Positions 1 through 8,589 of a stretch of DNA of 39,507 bases are shown here, in pieces. The stretch lies in the NCBI GenBank assembly GCA_963819815.1, contig CAWFXL010000002.1:1-39507 (forward strand), written 5' to 3'. Made by a program: the position numbers and the translations under genes. Below the pieces are notes generated by a model, which was given only the letters and a program-made list of their open reading frames with translations, had not been told where the DNA came from and searched no databases. This DNA is from an uncultured bacterium (GTDB lineage: Bacteria; Babelota; Babeliae; Babelales; Babelaceae). Position 1 is the first letter of the stretch; each line of letters opens with the position of its first letter.

Positions 1-2
1 GG

Positions 3-170
3 TTAAAACCTGAGTATCGGCTTGGTGTCGACTTTAGATTCCAAGGAATAGATCTGTATAATAAGTCGATCCTTGCAAATCTTGGGGAACTGGCTCTACT
101 TCCTTTAACTCCCATTTTTATGGTGATCGGCGAAAGCGATCTTGATAAGCACGTTATTCAGCATATATGA
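3..170 (+). CDS. Partial CDS entering from the left edge (hypothetical protein C-terminus)
   Basis: Frame 3 is open from the window edge (LKPEYRLGVDFRFQGIDLYNKSILANLGELALLPLTPIFMVIGESDLDKHVIQHI*) to TGA at 168-170, which overlaps the next ATG (ATGA). Confidence 0.45.
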   Translation, partial: LKPEYRLGVDFRFQGIDLYNKSILANLGELALLPLTPIFMVIGESDLDKHVIQHI

Positions 171-379
171 GAAGGATTAAACTACGTAAGGATCTCAAAG
201 AAAACGAGCGTAAGAATGATCCTACCGATAAATATGCAAAAGATCCATTCATGACAAGATTCTATAACCGTAACTACGATAATGCAGGAACTGCTATAGA
301 ACGCGGATTCTGGGATATATCGGTACGCCATGGCTGGAAAAAAGTGTTCAGAGCCATGAAGATCAATATTCTAGATTAA
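167..379 (+). CDS. Small hypothetical protein (or frameshifted tail of the upstream partial gene)
   Basis: 70-aa ORF with ATGA overlap to the upstream frame, followed by a hairpin at 403-430. Confidence 0.45.
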   Translation: MRRIKLRKDLKENERKNDPTDKYAKDPFMTRFYNRNYDNAGTAIERGFWDISVRHGWKKVFRAMKINILD

Positions 380-402
380 GACTACTAAATCAAAATTGAA
401 CG

Positions 403-430
403 TGAGCGTCGCTACCTACAGCGGCGCTCA
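403..430. terminator. Stem-loop between convergent genes, probable terminator
   Basis: TGAGCGTCGCT-acctac-AGCGGCGCTCA inverted repeat (one G-U pair on the + strand). Confidence 0.55.
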
Positions 431-625
431 TTCGTTTGAGCTAAGCATGGTGCAGTCCTTACAGGAAACCATGATTTCAGAAGGCCTTTCGTAAGCTTGG
501 ACTGCATGCTGGATAGGCCGATTTGCAGAAGTAGAACTCTTGCACTTTCTTGACCCATAGCAGCTCCAGGGACGCACTTCACCTAGAGATCGGAGCGTCT
601 TATGCTCGAGATATATTTCAGATTG

Positions 626-1783
626 CTAAGAGCAGAGCGCAATGCGGCCCCACTCGCTAAAAGGGATACTCCCCTGAGAAAGTTTCATGAATGCATCTTC
701 GGTAAGTGACTGCATCCCTTCTTGCGCCGCAAGAGCAACAATCTTGTCATAGTTAGCTCCCTCAATACAAGCGCTCCTTATTATAGGAGTTAGTATAAGC
801 ACTTCAAAGATCCCAACTCTGCCTGAGCATCCAGTCCCTCGGCATGCCCCACATCCTGCACCTTCATAGAGATGCATGCATTCAAAGCCAAACTTTCGGA
901 GCACGAGAGCTTGCTCATGTTGTATAGGGACTTTTTGAATGCATGATGAACAGATCCTCCTGACGAGCCGTTGAGCAACAATAATCTGCACTGCAGCTGC
1001 AACTAAGAAGCTTTCACACCCCATGTGAATAAGCCTCAGAAGCGCACTCGGCGCATCGGTCGTATGCAAGGTGGTAATAACCTGATGGCCAGTAAGAGCA
1101 GCCTGTATGGCTACTTGAGCAGTCTCTGCATCCCGTATCTCCCCAAGCAAAATAACATCCGGGTCTTGCCGCAAAAGAGCACGAAGACCTGCTGCAAACG
1201 TCAACCCCAAAAGGGGCTGAATCGCTGACTGAGTAACTCCAGGAAGTACGTACTCTATCGGATCTTCAAGAGTTACGACATTTTTTTCAGGGATAGCAAG
1301 AGTTGACAACAATGCATGCGCCGTTGTTGTTTTACCTGATCCAGTAGGACCTGTAAGGATAATACAGCCGTTATCTTGAGATACTGCTTTGCTTAGTTGG
1401 GCTTGTAAATGCAGACTCAATCCTATTAGGTCAAGAGTTTTATGACGGCTTGTTTTATCAAGTAAGCGAAGGACGAGCTTCTCACCATACTGCGAGGGGA
1501 ATGTAGAAACTCGAATATCACTGTCGTAAGGTGTATGTGAAAAGGGAAAGGTGCCATCTTGCGGCCGCCGCTTTTCAGCAACATCGAGCTGAGCAAGCAC
1601 TTTAATGCGGGCACAGATATGCAAAGCTACTGAGCTCTCATATGACTGGAAATCATAGAGTAGTCCATCAGAACGAAACCGTATCCTATAGTTACTAGGA
1701 TACGGCTGAATATGAATATCTGATGCATGTGCGTTAAGCGCTGAGATAATAAGCTGATCAAGTAAAAGAGGAATATCGGTCAT
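626..1783 (-). CDS. GspE/PulE/PilB-family secretion/pilus assembly ATPase (short form, no large N-terminal domain)
   Basis: ASDIHIQP, RFRSDG, RRPQDG, GEKLVLRLL, Walker A GPTGSGKTT, TLEDPIEY, LRQDPDVILLGEIRD, TGHQVITTLHT and tetracysteine CSSC..GCGAC. Start placed at ATG 1783 (ATGA overlap with upstream stop), not 1852. Confidence 0.92.
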   Translation of the reverse strand: MTDIPLLLDQLIISALNAHASDIHIQPYPSNYRIRFRSDGLLYDFQSYESSVALHICARIKVLAQLDVAEKRRPQDGTFPFSHTPYDSDIRVSTFPSQYGEKLVLRLLDKTSRHKTLDLIGLSLHLQAQLSKAVSQDNGCIILTGPTGSGKTTTAHALLSTLAIPEKNVVTLEDPIEYVLPGVTQSAIQPLLGLTFAAGLRALLRQDPDVILLGEIRDAETAQVAIQAALTGHQVITTLHTTDAPSALLRLIHMGCESFLVAAAVQIIVAQRLVRRICSSCIQKVPIQHEQALVLRKFGFECMHLYEGAGCGACRGTGCSGRVGIFEVLILTPIIRSACIEGANYDKIVALAAQEGMQSLTEDAFMKLSQGSIPFSEWGRIALCS

Positions 1784-2118
1784 GCAAACTTCCACGCTAA
1801 CACGAATCCAAAGAATACGGACAAACTTTCTATAATATGTCCACGTATCCAAGCATTCGTCTGCGTGAGGAACTCTGCCATTGTCATATCACGTGAAACA
1901 CCCAGCACCTGCTTCAATACTGTATAGTGGATGGTCACGATGTCAAAGTAATCAAGAGCCCATAATGAAAGCAGGGCACCTAAAAGAAGTAAGAAAAATA
2001 AACGTCCTGCGTATTTTATAAGAAAACCCAAAATAAAACCGGCTATCAAGTAGCCTGCTATCTCGATATACCAAGCAGCCGGCTTATCAAAAATTGTAAA
2101 TCCACTTTCTTGCGCCAT
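1780..2118 (-). CDS. FUN14-family-like small membrane protein
   Basis: 112 aa; GYLIAGFILGFLIKYAGRLFFLLLLG...ALDYFDIVTIHY...FFGFVLAWK resembles the FUN14 pattern from memory; AGGA-type RBS upstream. Confidence 0.65.
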   Translation of the reverse strand: MAQESGFTIFDKPAAWYIEIAGYLIAGFILGFLIKYAGRLFFLLLLGALLSLWALDYFDIVTIHYTVLKQVLGVSRDMTMAEFLTQTNAWIRGHIIESLSVFFGFVLAWKFA

Positions 2119-2138
2119 AGGCTTTCCTTTCCTGATAC

Positions 2139-2171
2139 GGAAGAAGACGCTTTATACAAGCGCCTTCTTCC
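2139..2171 (-). terminator. Stem-loop downstream of HU
   Basis: Minus strand GGAAGAAGGCGCTT-gtata-AAGCGTCTTCTTCC, 14-bp stem with one G-U; no strong U-tract. Confidence 0.55.
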
Positions 2172-2188
2172 AAGATTATCAAAAGTTC

Positions 2189-2462
2189 TTACGCAACTGA
2201 GTCGCGAAGTGCTTTTCCTGGCTTAAACTTAGCAACTTTTTTAGCAGGGATCTGCATTTTCTTACCAGTTGCTGGGTTAATACCAACACGGCTCTTTCTT
2301 TTCATGATTGAGAAAGTACCAAATCCAGTAAGAACCACAGATTTACCGCCTTTAAGGCTTGCACCAACCGATTTAATGAAAGACTCAAGTACCTTTTTGC
2401 ATGTAGCTTTAGGCAACTTTGACAGCTTTTGACATTTGTTCGATTAATTTAGCTTTATTCAT
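2189..2462 (-). CDS. hup: DNA-binding protein HU, with an apparent +1 frameshift at 2427-2430
   Basis: VVLTGFGTFSIMKRKSRVGINPATGKKMQIPAKKVAKFKPGKALRDSV is the HU signature. The canonical start MNKAKLIEQMSK at ATG 2462 (AAGGA RBS) is out of frame by 1 nt; removing one A gives a 90-aa HU. Confidence 0.93.
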
Positions 2463-2523
2463 AGATCATTCCTTTTGGTTGAATAAACATATACTCTTAT
2501 CCACACTAGTTGCTGGCATCATT

Positions 2524-2609
2524 TGGTGCCGAGAGCCGGACTCGAACCGGCACGAGCATAACCCGAAGGATTTTAAGTCCTTTGCGTCTACCAATTCCGC
2601 CACCTCGGC
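2524..2609 (-). tRNA. tRNA-Leu(TAA)
   Basis: GCCGAGGTGGCGGAATTGGTAGACGCAAAGGAC-TTAAAA-TCCTT...GGTTCGAGTCCGGCTCTCGGCACCA; long variable arm, encoded CCA. Confidence 0.97.
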
Positions 2610-2638
2610 TTCTATGCTCAGAACTAGATCTCAACTTT

Positions 2639-2712
2639 TGGAGGCGGCACCCGGATTCGAACCGGGGATCAGGGTTTTGCAGACCCATGCCTTACCACTT
2701 GGCTATGCCGCC
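2639..2712 (-). tRNA. tRNA-Cys(GCA)
   Basis: GGCGGCATAGCCAAGTGGTAAGGCATGGGTCT-GCA-AAACCCTGATCCCCGGTTCGAATCCGGGTGCCGCCTCCA; 74 nt with CCA. Confidence 0.97.
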
Positions 2713-2716
2713 AAAC

Positions 2717-3220
2717 TCACTTATGTATCTCGCCAAGTCTGTGCGCTACCTCTTGAGCGCTAATAACTTTCCCGTCCTCCTTTTTTGGTAAAACCTTTTC
2801 TACATTCTTCTCAAGAAATGCTAATTTGGCGTCACCCTCAATAGGATACAACGCACTATTTTCTTTTGATAACTGGTACCATTCGTTAATGCCACCCATA
2901 TACACCGACACATCTTCAAACCGAGTTCGTAACATCTTGGCAGCAATGTGGCTCGTTCTACAAGTATAATCAGAACAATATACAATCAAAGGACTTTTCA
3001 CGTTCCAGTGCTTTGTAACCTCATCAATATCATCTAAATCCAGGTGAATCGCACCGGGAATATGCGCATCATTGTATACCTCAGCCGTATTCAAATCAAG
3101 TATACGCACCACAGGATTTTCCTGAGGAGCTTCCTCTTTTTTCTTAAGCCAATCACAAGCCGGAGTAACCAACATCATAATGGCTACCATTAAAAGGGCT
3201 ATGTAAGAAGTATTTTTCAT
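2717..3220 (-). CDS. Rhodanese-like domain protein, probable lipoprotein
   Basis: ILDLN..EVYNDAHIPGAIHL, IVYCSDYTCRTS, VYMGGINEW; hydrophobic N-terminus ending TPA-C. Confidence 0.85.
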   Translation of the reverse strand: MKNTSYIALLMVAIMMLVTPACDWLKKKEEAPQENPVVRILDLNTAEVYNDAHIPGAIHLDLDDIDEVTKHWNVKSPLIVYCSDYTCRTSHIAAKMLRTRFEDVSVYMGGINEWYQLSKENSALYPIEGDAKLAFLEKNVEKVLPKKEDGKVISAQEVAHRLGEIHK

Positions 3221-3314
3221 CTGCTTTGGTCTCCAATTAATTACAGGTTAACAGATTTTTCTGATCATACAAGTATTTTTTCTACCCTACAGGGGCCAAG
3301 GCAGAAACTTACCC

Positions 3315-4196
3315 TCAGTACACAAACTGACAGCATCGACTCCATCGTATTTTTCGCCAAAACTCTAAAGGGTTTCTCAGTAAATCAAAAATCCACCATG
3401 ATTCGCTGGTGTCCATCGACCATATACGAAACACAATCCTTCCATGAATAAGCTTACCATCTAAAGGACCCCAATCACGAGAGTCTCCACTGCCAAGCCG
3501 ATTGTCTCCCATAACCCAATACTGGTTTTCGCCGAGCCTCACATCAAATATATCGACTCCACTAGCGTAAGGAGTGCCAGGATATATAAGTGGCAGTGGC
3601 TCACCATTCTCAGGATCTAGGATAACCAAATGCGGATCAATTTTATAGTAAGGTTGCTTATCATAGGGCATTCCAGGCACGAAGGTACGTGTATGCCATT
3701 CTCTTCTAAGGTTCGAACGACCCTGCTCGTATGGCGGGCGTGTCCACAGAGGAATAAGTGGATACTTATTGAGATGTGCTGATTCATCTAACTTCTTGCC
3801 ATTCAGGTAAACAACGGGATGTCCTTCTTCTATCACACCTTTTACATGGTCTCCAGGTATACCTATCACACGCTTTGTCCAATTAGTAACATTCCATGAG
3901 GCATAGCGCTGCCAGAGGTTCACGAGAGGATTGGAAGAATATTCGTACGTTGGTATGTTAAAAGCAATAATCTCTCCGCGCTGAGGCTTTCTAATCCAAT
4001 AGGAAGCCTTATCAGCAAAAAATCTTTCTCCAACTAGTAACGTGGTTTCCATAGATCCGGTGGGAACTTGATATAACCCAAAACCAAAGGTTCGAATTGC
4101 AAAAGCGATCGGCAATATAACAAAGAGAATTTCGAACGGCACCCGGATATAGGAGACGTCATACCATTTACCTAAAACCCTTTTGACCAGACTCAT
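3315..4196 (-). CDS. lepB: Signal peptidase I
   Basis: VPTGSMETTLLVGE (catalytic Ser), WTKRVIGIPGD (catalytic Lys), YWVMGDNRLGSGDSRDWG; one N-terminal TM. ATG 4196 preferred (GAAGGG upstream). Confidence 0.95.
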   Translation of the reverse strand: MSLVKRVLGKWYDVSYIRVPFEILFVILPIAFAIRTFGFGLYQVPTGSMETTLLVGERFFADKASYWIRKPQRGEIIAFNIPTYEYSSNPLVNLWQRYASWNVTNWTKRVIGIPGDHVKGVIEEGHPVVYLNGKKLDESAHLNKYPLIPLWTRPPYEQGRSNLRREWHTRTFVPGMPYDKQPYYKIDPHLVILDPENGEPLPLIYPGTPYASGVDIFDVRLGENQYWVMGDNRLGSGDSRDWGPLDGKLIHGRIVFRIWSMDTSESWWIFDLLRNPLEFWRKIRWSRCCQFVY

Positions 4197-4284
4197 CGTG
4201 CACCCTTCTCTCACAAAACTTTTCTAATATCAGCCCGAGCATGAACTCTACTTGAGACTACCTGTTTGTTTAAACGCTTCGCCC

Positions 4285-4313
4285 ATAATAGCCAGAATTT
4301 TTCATTAATGCAA
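4285..4313 (-). promoter_or_regulatory. Putative sigma70 promoter of lepB
   Basis: Minus strand TTGCAT-17 nt-TATTAT. Confidence 0.5.
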
Positions 4314-4822
4314 CTTCTAATATAAAAGGATAGGCCATCCGTAGGATAAGGTTGTACTCCAAGAATAAGGCAGGTAAACTAATCACTCGCAAGAAAAATT
4401 AATATCAAACCTCGATAAAAGGACATGGAAACTGATCTCGCGAAAAAGAGTTGTCAAGCGTAGCAAAAGTTTAAAGAACTTATTGAATAAAGTGAGCAAT
4501 TAGGTATATGCAGCAAGAATCAATGGGGCCTTTGCGTGATAACCTTATTACTATTCACTCAAAAAACTCATCGTCTACAAAGCAGCAATAACTTTCAGGC
4601 AGCTCAAAAAAAGACTTAGCCCGGATGCTCATCAAAGAAAGTATTGTTTGCAAATTTCAAACTCTGGCAAAATAGCCTTCCTTGTTGTCTATGATGTGAA
4701 AAAACATATCTGCGATTCCTGCTTATTACGACTTCAAAATGATCAATTTTTCAATAGCACCTATACCAAAGTCCTTCCTCGTGGTACTATATGCTGAATA
4801 ATTCAATTTTCTGAAAGGATTT

Positions 4823-5482
4823 TTGATGAATAGACCCTACTTAGAAATCACTCGAGAAGTGTCATTTTTGGTTGTACTGGGGGTTCTGCTTCCTTTATTT
4901 GCCTATCATAGTGCTCGAATCATAATCCAAATCGCTACGGGAACTGCTTTATGGACTAAGCTGCATAATCAAAAAGAGCTTACTAACTCCTTGGAAGAAC
5001 TAGAAAGCCGACAGAAGTTATTGGGAATAGCACTCTCCGAAGGACCGATAAGTAATGAGCAGAGGATGAGAATTGAAGAGGAGATAGGAACCCTAGAAAA
5101 GCGACTCAAGGCAGAAAAGCTGAGCGCAGTTCAACGCGAAGAACTACATATACAAAAAAAGAAAGTTGATGAAGAAGTGCTATCGCTCCAAAAAAAATAT
5201 GATGAACAAGGCGAACTCAATAAAGCAATGCAAGGACGGCAAGAGCTTATTTATTTTTTGATCACTACCCTTATTGGATGTATAGCGCTGGCTTTTGGGT
5301 ATCTTATACCTATAGGTTATCTTGGTGCAGGCCTTATTCAAGGAGGCTTACTTTCCCTACTTATAGGCTTTTTTTCCTATTGGGGGCACTTCAATGACTG
5401 GCTTAAGCTTCTCGTGTTGTTGCTTGCTCTAAGTGCTACCATGTATATGGGCTATCGCGTAGCTATCAAGAAGACTGCATAA
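4823..5482 (+). CDS. Hypothetical membrane protein (TM - long coiled coil - 3 TM)
   Basis: 219-aa ORF with AAGGA RBS; hydrophobic N-terminal segment, E/K/L-rich helical middle, three C-terminal hydrophobic segments. Confidence 0.8.
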   Translation: MMNRPYLEITREVSFLVVLGVLLPLFAYHSARIIIQIATGTALWTKLHNQKELTNSLEELESRQKLLGIALSEGPISNEQRMRIEEEIGTLEKRLKAEKLSAVQREELHIQKKKVDEEVLSLQKKYDEQGELNKAMQGRQELIYFLITTLIGCIALAFGYLIPIGYLGAGLIQGGLLSLLIGFFSYWGHFNDWLKLLVLLLALSATMYMGYRVAIKKTA

Positions 5483-5500
5483 CTATTTTATTACCATAAC

Positions 5501-5530
5501 AAAAAACCCCATGGCTTGTTAAGCCTGGGG
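5501..5530 (-). terminator. Intrinsic terminator of the bat/M23 transcript
   Basis: Minus strand CCCCAGGCTT-aac-AAGCCATGGGG-TTTTTT. Confidence 0.7.
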
Positions 5531-5606
5531 AATACCTGCCAATCATGATACCGACTCGCATATGCAATGTTAGTAACCATTCCTAAAACGGATGGTTGCT
5601 TACTAT

Positions 5607-6422
5607 CTATCGTATATAGGTAACGGGATCAACCCATGATCCATCACGGTAAAGCTCCCAGTGCAAATGAGCACCCGAACTGCTTGAGCTTCTTTTGACA
5701 ACGTGACCTGTTGCCCCTACTTTTCCTATAAGCTCACCCTCTTCTACCTGCTGGCCGTATTTTGCCAGTGATCTACTTAAGTGAGCATACCGAGATTTAT
5801 ATCCATTTGGATGAGCAATCAGAATATAGTTACCATACCCAGAGGAATAACGGGCTTCTACCACAGTACCAGAACCGGCTGCATACACATCGGTACCTGT
5901 CGGTGCTGCTAAATCAACGCCAGTATGGAATCCTTCTTTTCCTCTGATAGTTCTCGGCCCAAATGGCGAGCTAAGCCAAAAGCTTTTAGGTTCTACGGGC
6001 CAGCTAAAAATCTTTTCTGGCTCTCGTGTTTGAAGAGCTTTTCGCCCTCTTATGGGACGTTTCTGAACATGCTTGCGTGAAAAAGTCGAGCTCTTTTTCG
6101 TACGTGAAGCCTTACGCGATCCTACTGATTTTTTTTTCGGCTGATTTTTATGAGAACGTTTCTTCTTCTGAGATACTTTGACAGGTGCAGCATACTCACG
6201 CAACTTAGGGAGATACTTGTATGCTGATTTATTGGCTTTTACAATCGTACGAGGTTTTGTAGCAATCTTTCTTTTGCGTCCGTTAACAGTTTTTTTTCGT
6301 CCTGCTACTGAGCGTTTTGAAGATGATGAACGCTGTTTTGCTTTTGCCTCGAGAGCAGGAACGAAACAACCAATAATCAGAAATGATGCTATAATACGAA
6401 CTAATGCTGTACGTGCTTCCAT
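5607..6422 (-). CDS. M23-family metallopeptidase with long basic N-terminal linker
   Basis: SSPFGPR, FHTGVDLAAPTGTDVYAAGSGTV (HxxxD), GYGNYILIAH, SRYAHL, SGAHLHWE (HxH); signal peptide. Confidence 0.93.
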   Translation of the reverse strand: MEARTALVRIIASFLIIGCFVPALEAKAKQRSSSSKRSVAGRKKTVNGRKRKIATKPRTIVKANKSAYKYLPKLREYAAPVKVSQKKKRSHKNQPKKKSVGSRKASRTKKSSTFSRKHVQKRPIRGRKALQTREPEKIFSWPVEPKSFWLSSPFGPRTIRGKEGFHTGVDLAAPTGTDVYAAGSGTVVEARYSSGYGNYILIAHPNGYKSRYAHLSRSLAKYGQQVEEGELIGKVGATGHVVKRSSSSSGAHLHWELYRDGSWVDPVTYIR

Positions 6423-6435
6423 GTCCCTTGCACCC

Positions 6436-8589
6436 TTATAAGGCTACTTTCTTATCAATGAAAGTGGCCGGTACCCAACCTTTTCCTTTTGTCGATGAGA
6501 CATAGTACCATGCACCTTCCTTTTTCACAAGCGCAAGTTCATCAAAAGGCTCCAACACCGCCCGAGAAGGATAGGTCTCGGAAGGCCCCATATATAACTC
6601 AACTTCTTGAGTGACGAAAGCCAAGGGATACAGCTCTTTAGGTAACCTAAGAGCCCATCCAATAAGAAACCCAAACCATAGAATAAGAACAGCAGAACGT
6701 AGCTCTGAAGAAATGCGCGAAATAGCAAACCAAAGAAACCACCATCCAATAAGTACTCCCATCTGCCATACAACAAAAGGAATTACACCCAACGAGAGCT
6801 GTGCTTGGGCAATAAGTGAAGCAGCATCAACCCCTTTAAGAGTGGTCATTAGAATACAGGCGATGAGGAGCGCCTTCGCTCGGTTACTCATCATAGCAAG
6901 GACATTCAAAGCTCGAGAGAAAAGAGCACGATCCTTTTGTGAAGCACCCTTTGCTGCATAGGAGCTTACTTGTAAAGCATCCTGAAGCAGCTGTGCTACT
7001 TCAGAAGTCGTCTTCTCAGAGTAGCCTTGAACTTTTAATGCGATAATAATATCCTCATCACGAGGGTCTTCAAGCCTTAAGAACGTTGCTAACGACTGCT
7101 TTATACTATCATACACGTGAGCAGCATCATCTCGCTTTTCAAGAAGGCGAAGTTCTTGGGAACCCTTTTTCAAGGCCCGCCAAGAGCGCCTTCTGAGTAA
7201 AAATTTTTCAAACAATGGTGCACCCAATTTCCCAATATACCTACATAGAGCATAGAGTGGAGGGAGTAGCATAAGCAATATAAACCATCCGAGAGGTATT
7301 TGAGGAATCTCAGGCACTGCTGTTTTCTGCTGCTCTTCAGCATTAGAAACCTCTTCGGGCTCTTCTTCTGAAAGGTGCGGGCTTACATTTGTGCTTGTAC
7401 TTACTGAAGATCCTTGAGTAATCGTGAGTGACAAGGGTTGCGAATGAAGAGTTTTATAGGCTTTTACATTCGTATCAAAGTAGGTAAGCTCCTGTGCAGG
7501 GATAGTATAGCTTCCCTCTTTAAGTCCCTGTATCACATACGACCATTGTACTCCAGACCCATTTCTCTCAAGAGTAGTCTTAGAAGGATACGCACGAAAT
7601 GATTCGGGAAGATTTGGCGTCGGCGCTTTGAGCTGAGCAAAGTCAGCATCACCTTGCACTGAGAGTATCAAGGTCCCTGCTTCTCCTCGTGGAATCTCCT
7701 GAGCACTTATCGTCGCCGCAAAACGCTTAAAGTTCCCTACTCCTACGATCTTCTTATCCGTAGGAGGAAGTTCATGCACCATAAGTTGCACTGAGGGTGA
7801 AAACGCAGATTCTCGTGTCTGCATCTGAAAAGGAAAAAAGGTTGACCACCGCTGCGCTAGCTGTGGCAAGACATAGTCAGCCCGCAATTGTGGTATTCTC
7901 AATAGACCTGCATGCTCAGGATATAAGTCACCAGTAAATTCTATGACATTATAGACTTGGTCACCTTTACGCTCAGTTTTAGCATTGCCCTTGCTTACCT
8001 CTTTTATCTGGACATCCTGAAGCTGCGGCATCCCTAAATGTATCGGTTTTAAGTCGGGCTCTTGCCAAGAAAAGCGTAAGGCAAAAGGAACCTTTTCCCC
8101 TACAAAGGCCTCCGTTTTTGTAAGTTTTAACGTAAGCTTCGGCGCCTCATATTCAGTCTTTTTCTGATCCTTTCCACTTTCAACCACCTCGATGCTCACT
8201 GATCCAGATTGTTTGCCGGGAAGCTCGCTAAACCGAGCAGGACCAAGAACGTAGGTCCCCGGTTTTTCAGCTACTAAGGTATACTGAGCAGTAATCTCTT
8301 CTTCGATGGTGCCATTGCTTTGCGACTGCATAGTTTGACTATTTTGCCCAGCAACATGAAAGGAAGTAAGCCCTTCAACGCGAGGAAATGATCGTATCCG
8401 GCCCGGATTTTTTGCAGTAACTAACAAGGTAAATGGTTTACCCACTGCCACAGATGTTAAGGGCACTCCCTGTACAGACTGTACCGTGATGCTAACCTGA
8501 TCATCCGCTGCATAAGCACCCCAGATCATCCCAGTAAGACAGAAGATGCTACCAATTCTTTTGGCCTGGTTGAAGACGTCCACCCGCAT
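6436..8589 (-). CDS. batD: BatD-family protein with fused C-terminal BatE-like TM + SH3b region
   Basis: Follows batABC. Signal peptide, repeated Ig-like beta segments (YTLVAEKPGTYVLGPA; GSYTIPAQELTYFD), a TM helix, and a C-terminal LYMGPSETY...GAWYYV...GKGWVP SH3b-like motif. Start at ATG 8589 after GGAGG. Confidence 0.8.
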   Translation of the reverse strand: MRVDVFNQAKRIGSIFCLTGMIWGAYAADDQVSITVQSVQGVPLTSVAVGKPFTLLVTAKNPGRIRSFPRVEGLTSFHVAGQNSQTMQSQSNGTIEEEITAQYTLVAEKPGTYVLGPARFSELPGKQSGSVSIEVVESGKDQKKTEYEAPKLTLKLTKTEAFVGEKVPFALRFSWQEPDLKPIHLGMPQLQDVQIKEVSKGNAKTERKGDQVYNVIEFTGDLYPEHAGLLRIPQLRADYVLPQLAQRWSTFFPFQMQTRESAFSPSVQLMVHELPPTDKKIVGVGNFKRFAATISAQEIPRGEAGTLILSVQGDADFAQLKAPTPNLPESFRAYPSKTTLERNGSGVQWSYVIQGLKEGSYTIPAQELTYFDTNVKAYKTLHSQPLSLTITQGSSVSTSTNVSPHLSEEEPEEVSNAEEQQKTAVPEIPQIPLGWFILLMLLPPLYALCRYIGKLGAPLFEKFLLRRRSWRALKKGSQELRLLEKRDDAAHVYDSIKQSLATFLRLEDPRDEDIIIALKVQGYSEKTTSEVAQLLQDALQVSSYAAKGASQKDRALFSRALNVLAMMSNRAKALLIACILMTTLKGVDAASLIAQAQLSLGVIPFVVWQMGVLIGWWFLWFAISRISSELRSAVLILWFGFLIGWALRLPKELYPLAFVTQEVELYMGPSETYPSRAVLEPFDELALVKKEGAWYYVSSTKGKGWVPATFIDKKVAL

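Noticed and set aside
2419..2791. ORFs 2419..2763, 2506..2688 and 2510..2791
   Set aside because: They overlap the tRNA-Leu and tRNA-Cys genes; spurious.
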